A stretch of 64,000 nt of DNA from Octopus sinensis (Eukaryota): assembly GCF_006345805.1 (NCBI RefSeq), contig NC_043015.1:14012001-14076000 (forward strand). Reading direction: 5' to 3'. The position numbers and the translations under genes are program-made. The notes beneath the pieces were generated by a model that was not told the DNA's origin, searched no databases, and saw only the letters and a list, made by a program, of their open reading frames with translations. Shown here piece after piece: positions 63,923 through 64,000 of the stretch; positions within the stretch are counted from its first letter, which is position 1; each line of letters begins with the position of its first letter.

Positions 63923-64000
63923 TATTAGAGACAAAACCACTATTTGCAAAACAACAAGGAAAGACTTAATCAAAAATTTTATAAATTCAAAGTGGCGGTT

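Overview
AT-rich, repeat-saturated eukaryotic non-coding DNA with no securely identifiable host gene. The tRNA-derived SINE families, the density of (TA)n/(CA)n/(ACAT)n/(AGAT)n/(TAA)n microsatellites and the TTAGGG repeats point to an octopus or another coleoid cephalopod; this is my inference. Nearly all listed ORFs are microsatellite or SINE read-through. Recognisable coding remnants are all transposon-derived: mariner, Merlin, RTE, CR1/L2, R4/Dong-like restriction-endonuclease LINEs and L1/Tx1. The main signal is a set of non-coding elements carrying minimal type I hammerhead ribozyme motifs (CUGANGA...GAAAC-palindrome-GUH). They sit in microsatellites, mostly (TA)n, and are often arranged as divergent foldbacks with both 3' ends facing outward. 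The clearest case is a very young 546-bp tandem array at 21.5-24.5 kb with one hammerhead per monomer and an internal inversion, resembling a retrozyme or Penelope-dependent element. A second signal is a Mutator-like long-TIR family (9-bp TSD) carrying telomeric repeats, one copy holding a (CCCTAA)n-spacer-(TTAGGG)n cassette. Coordinates were read by eye and may be off by a few bases.
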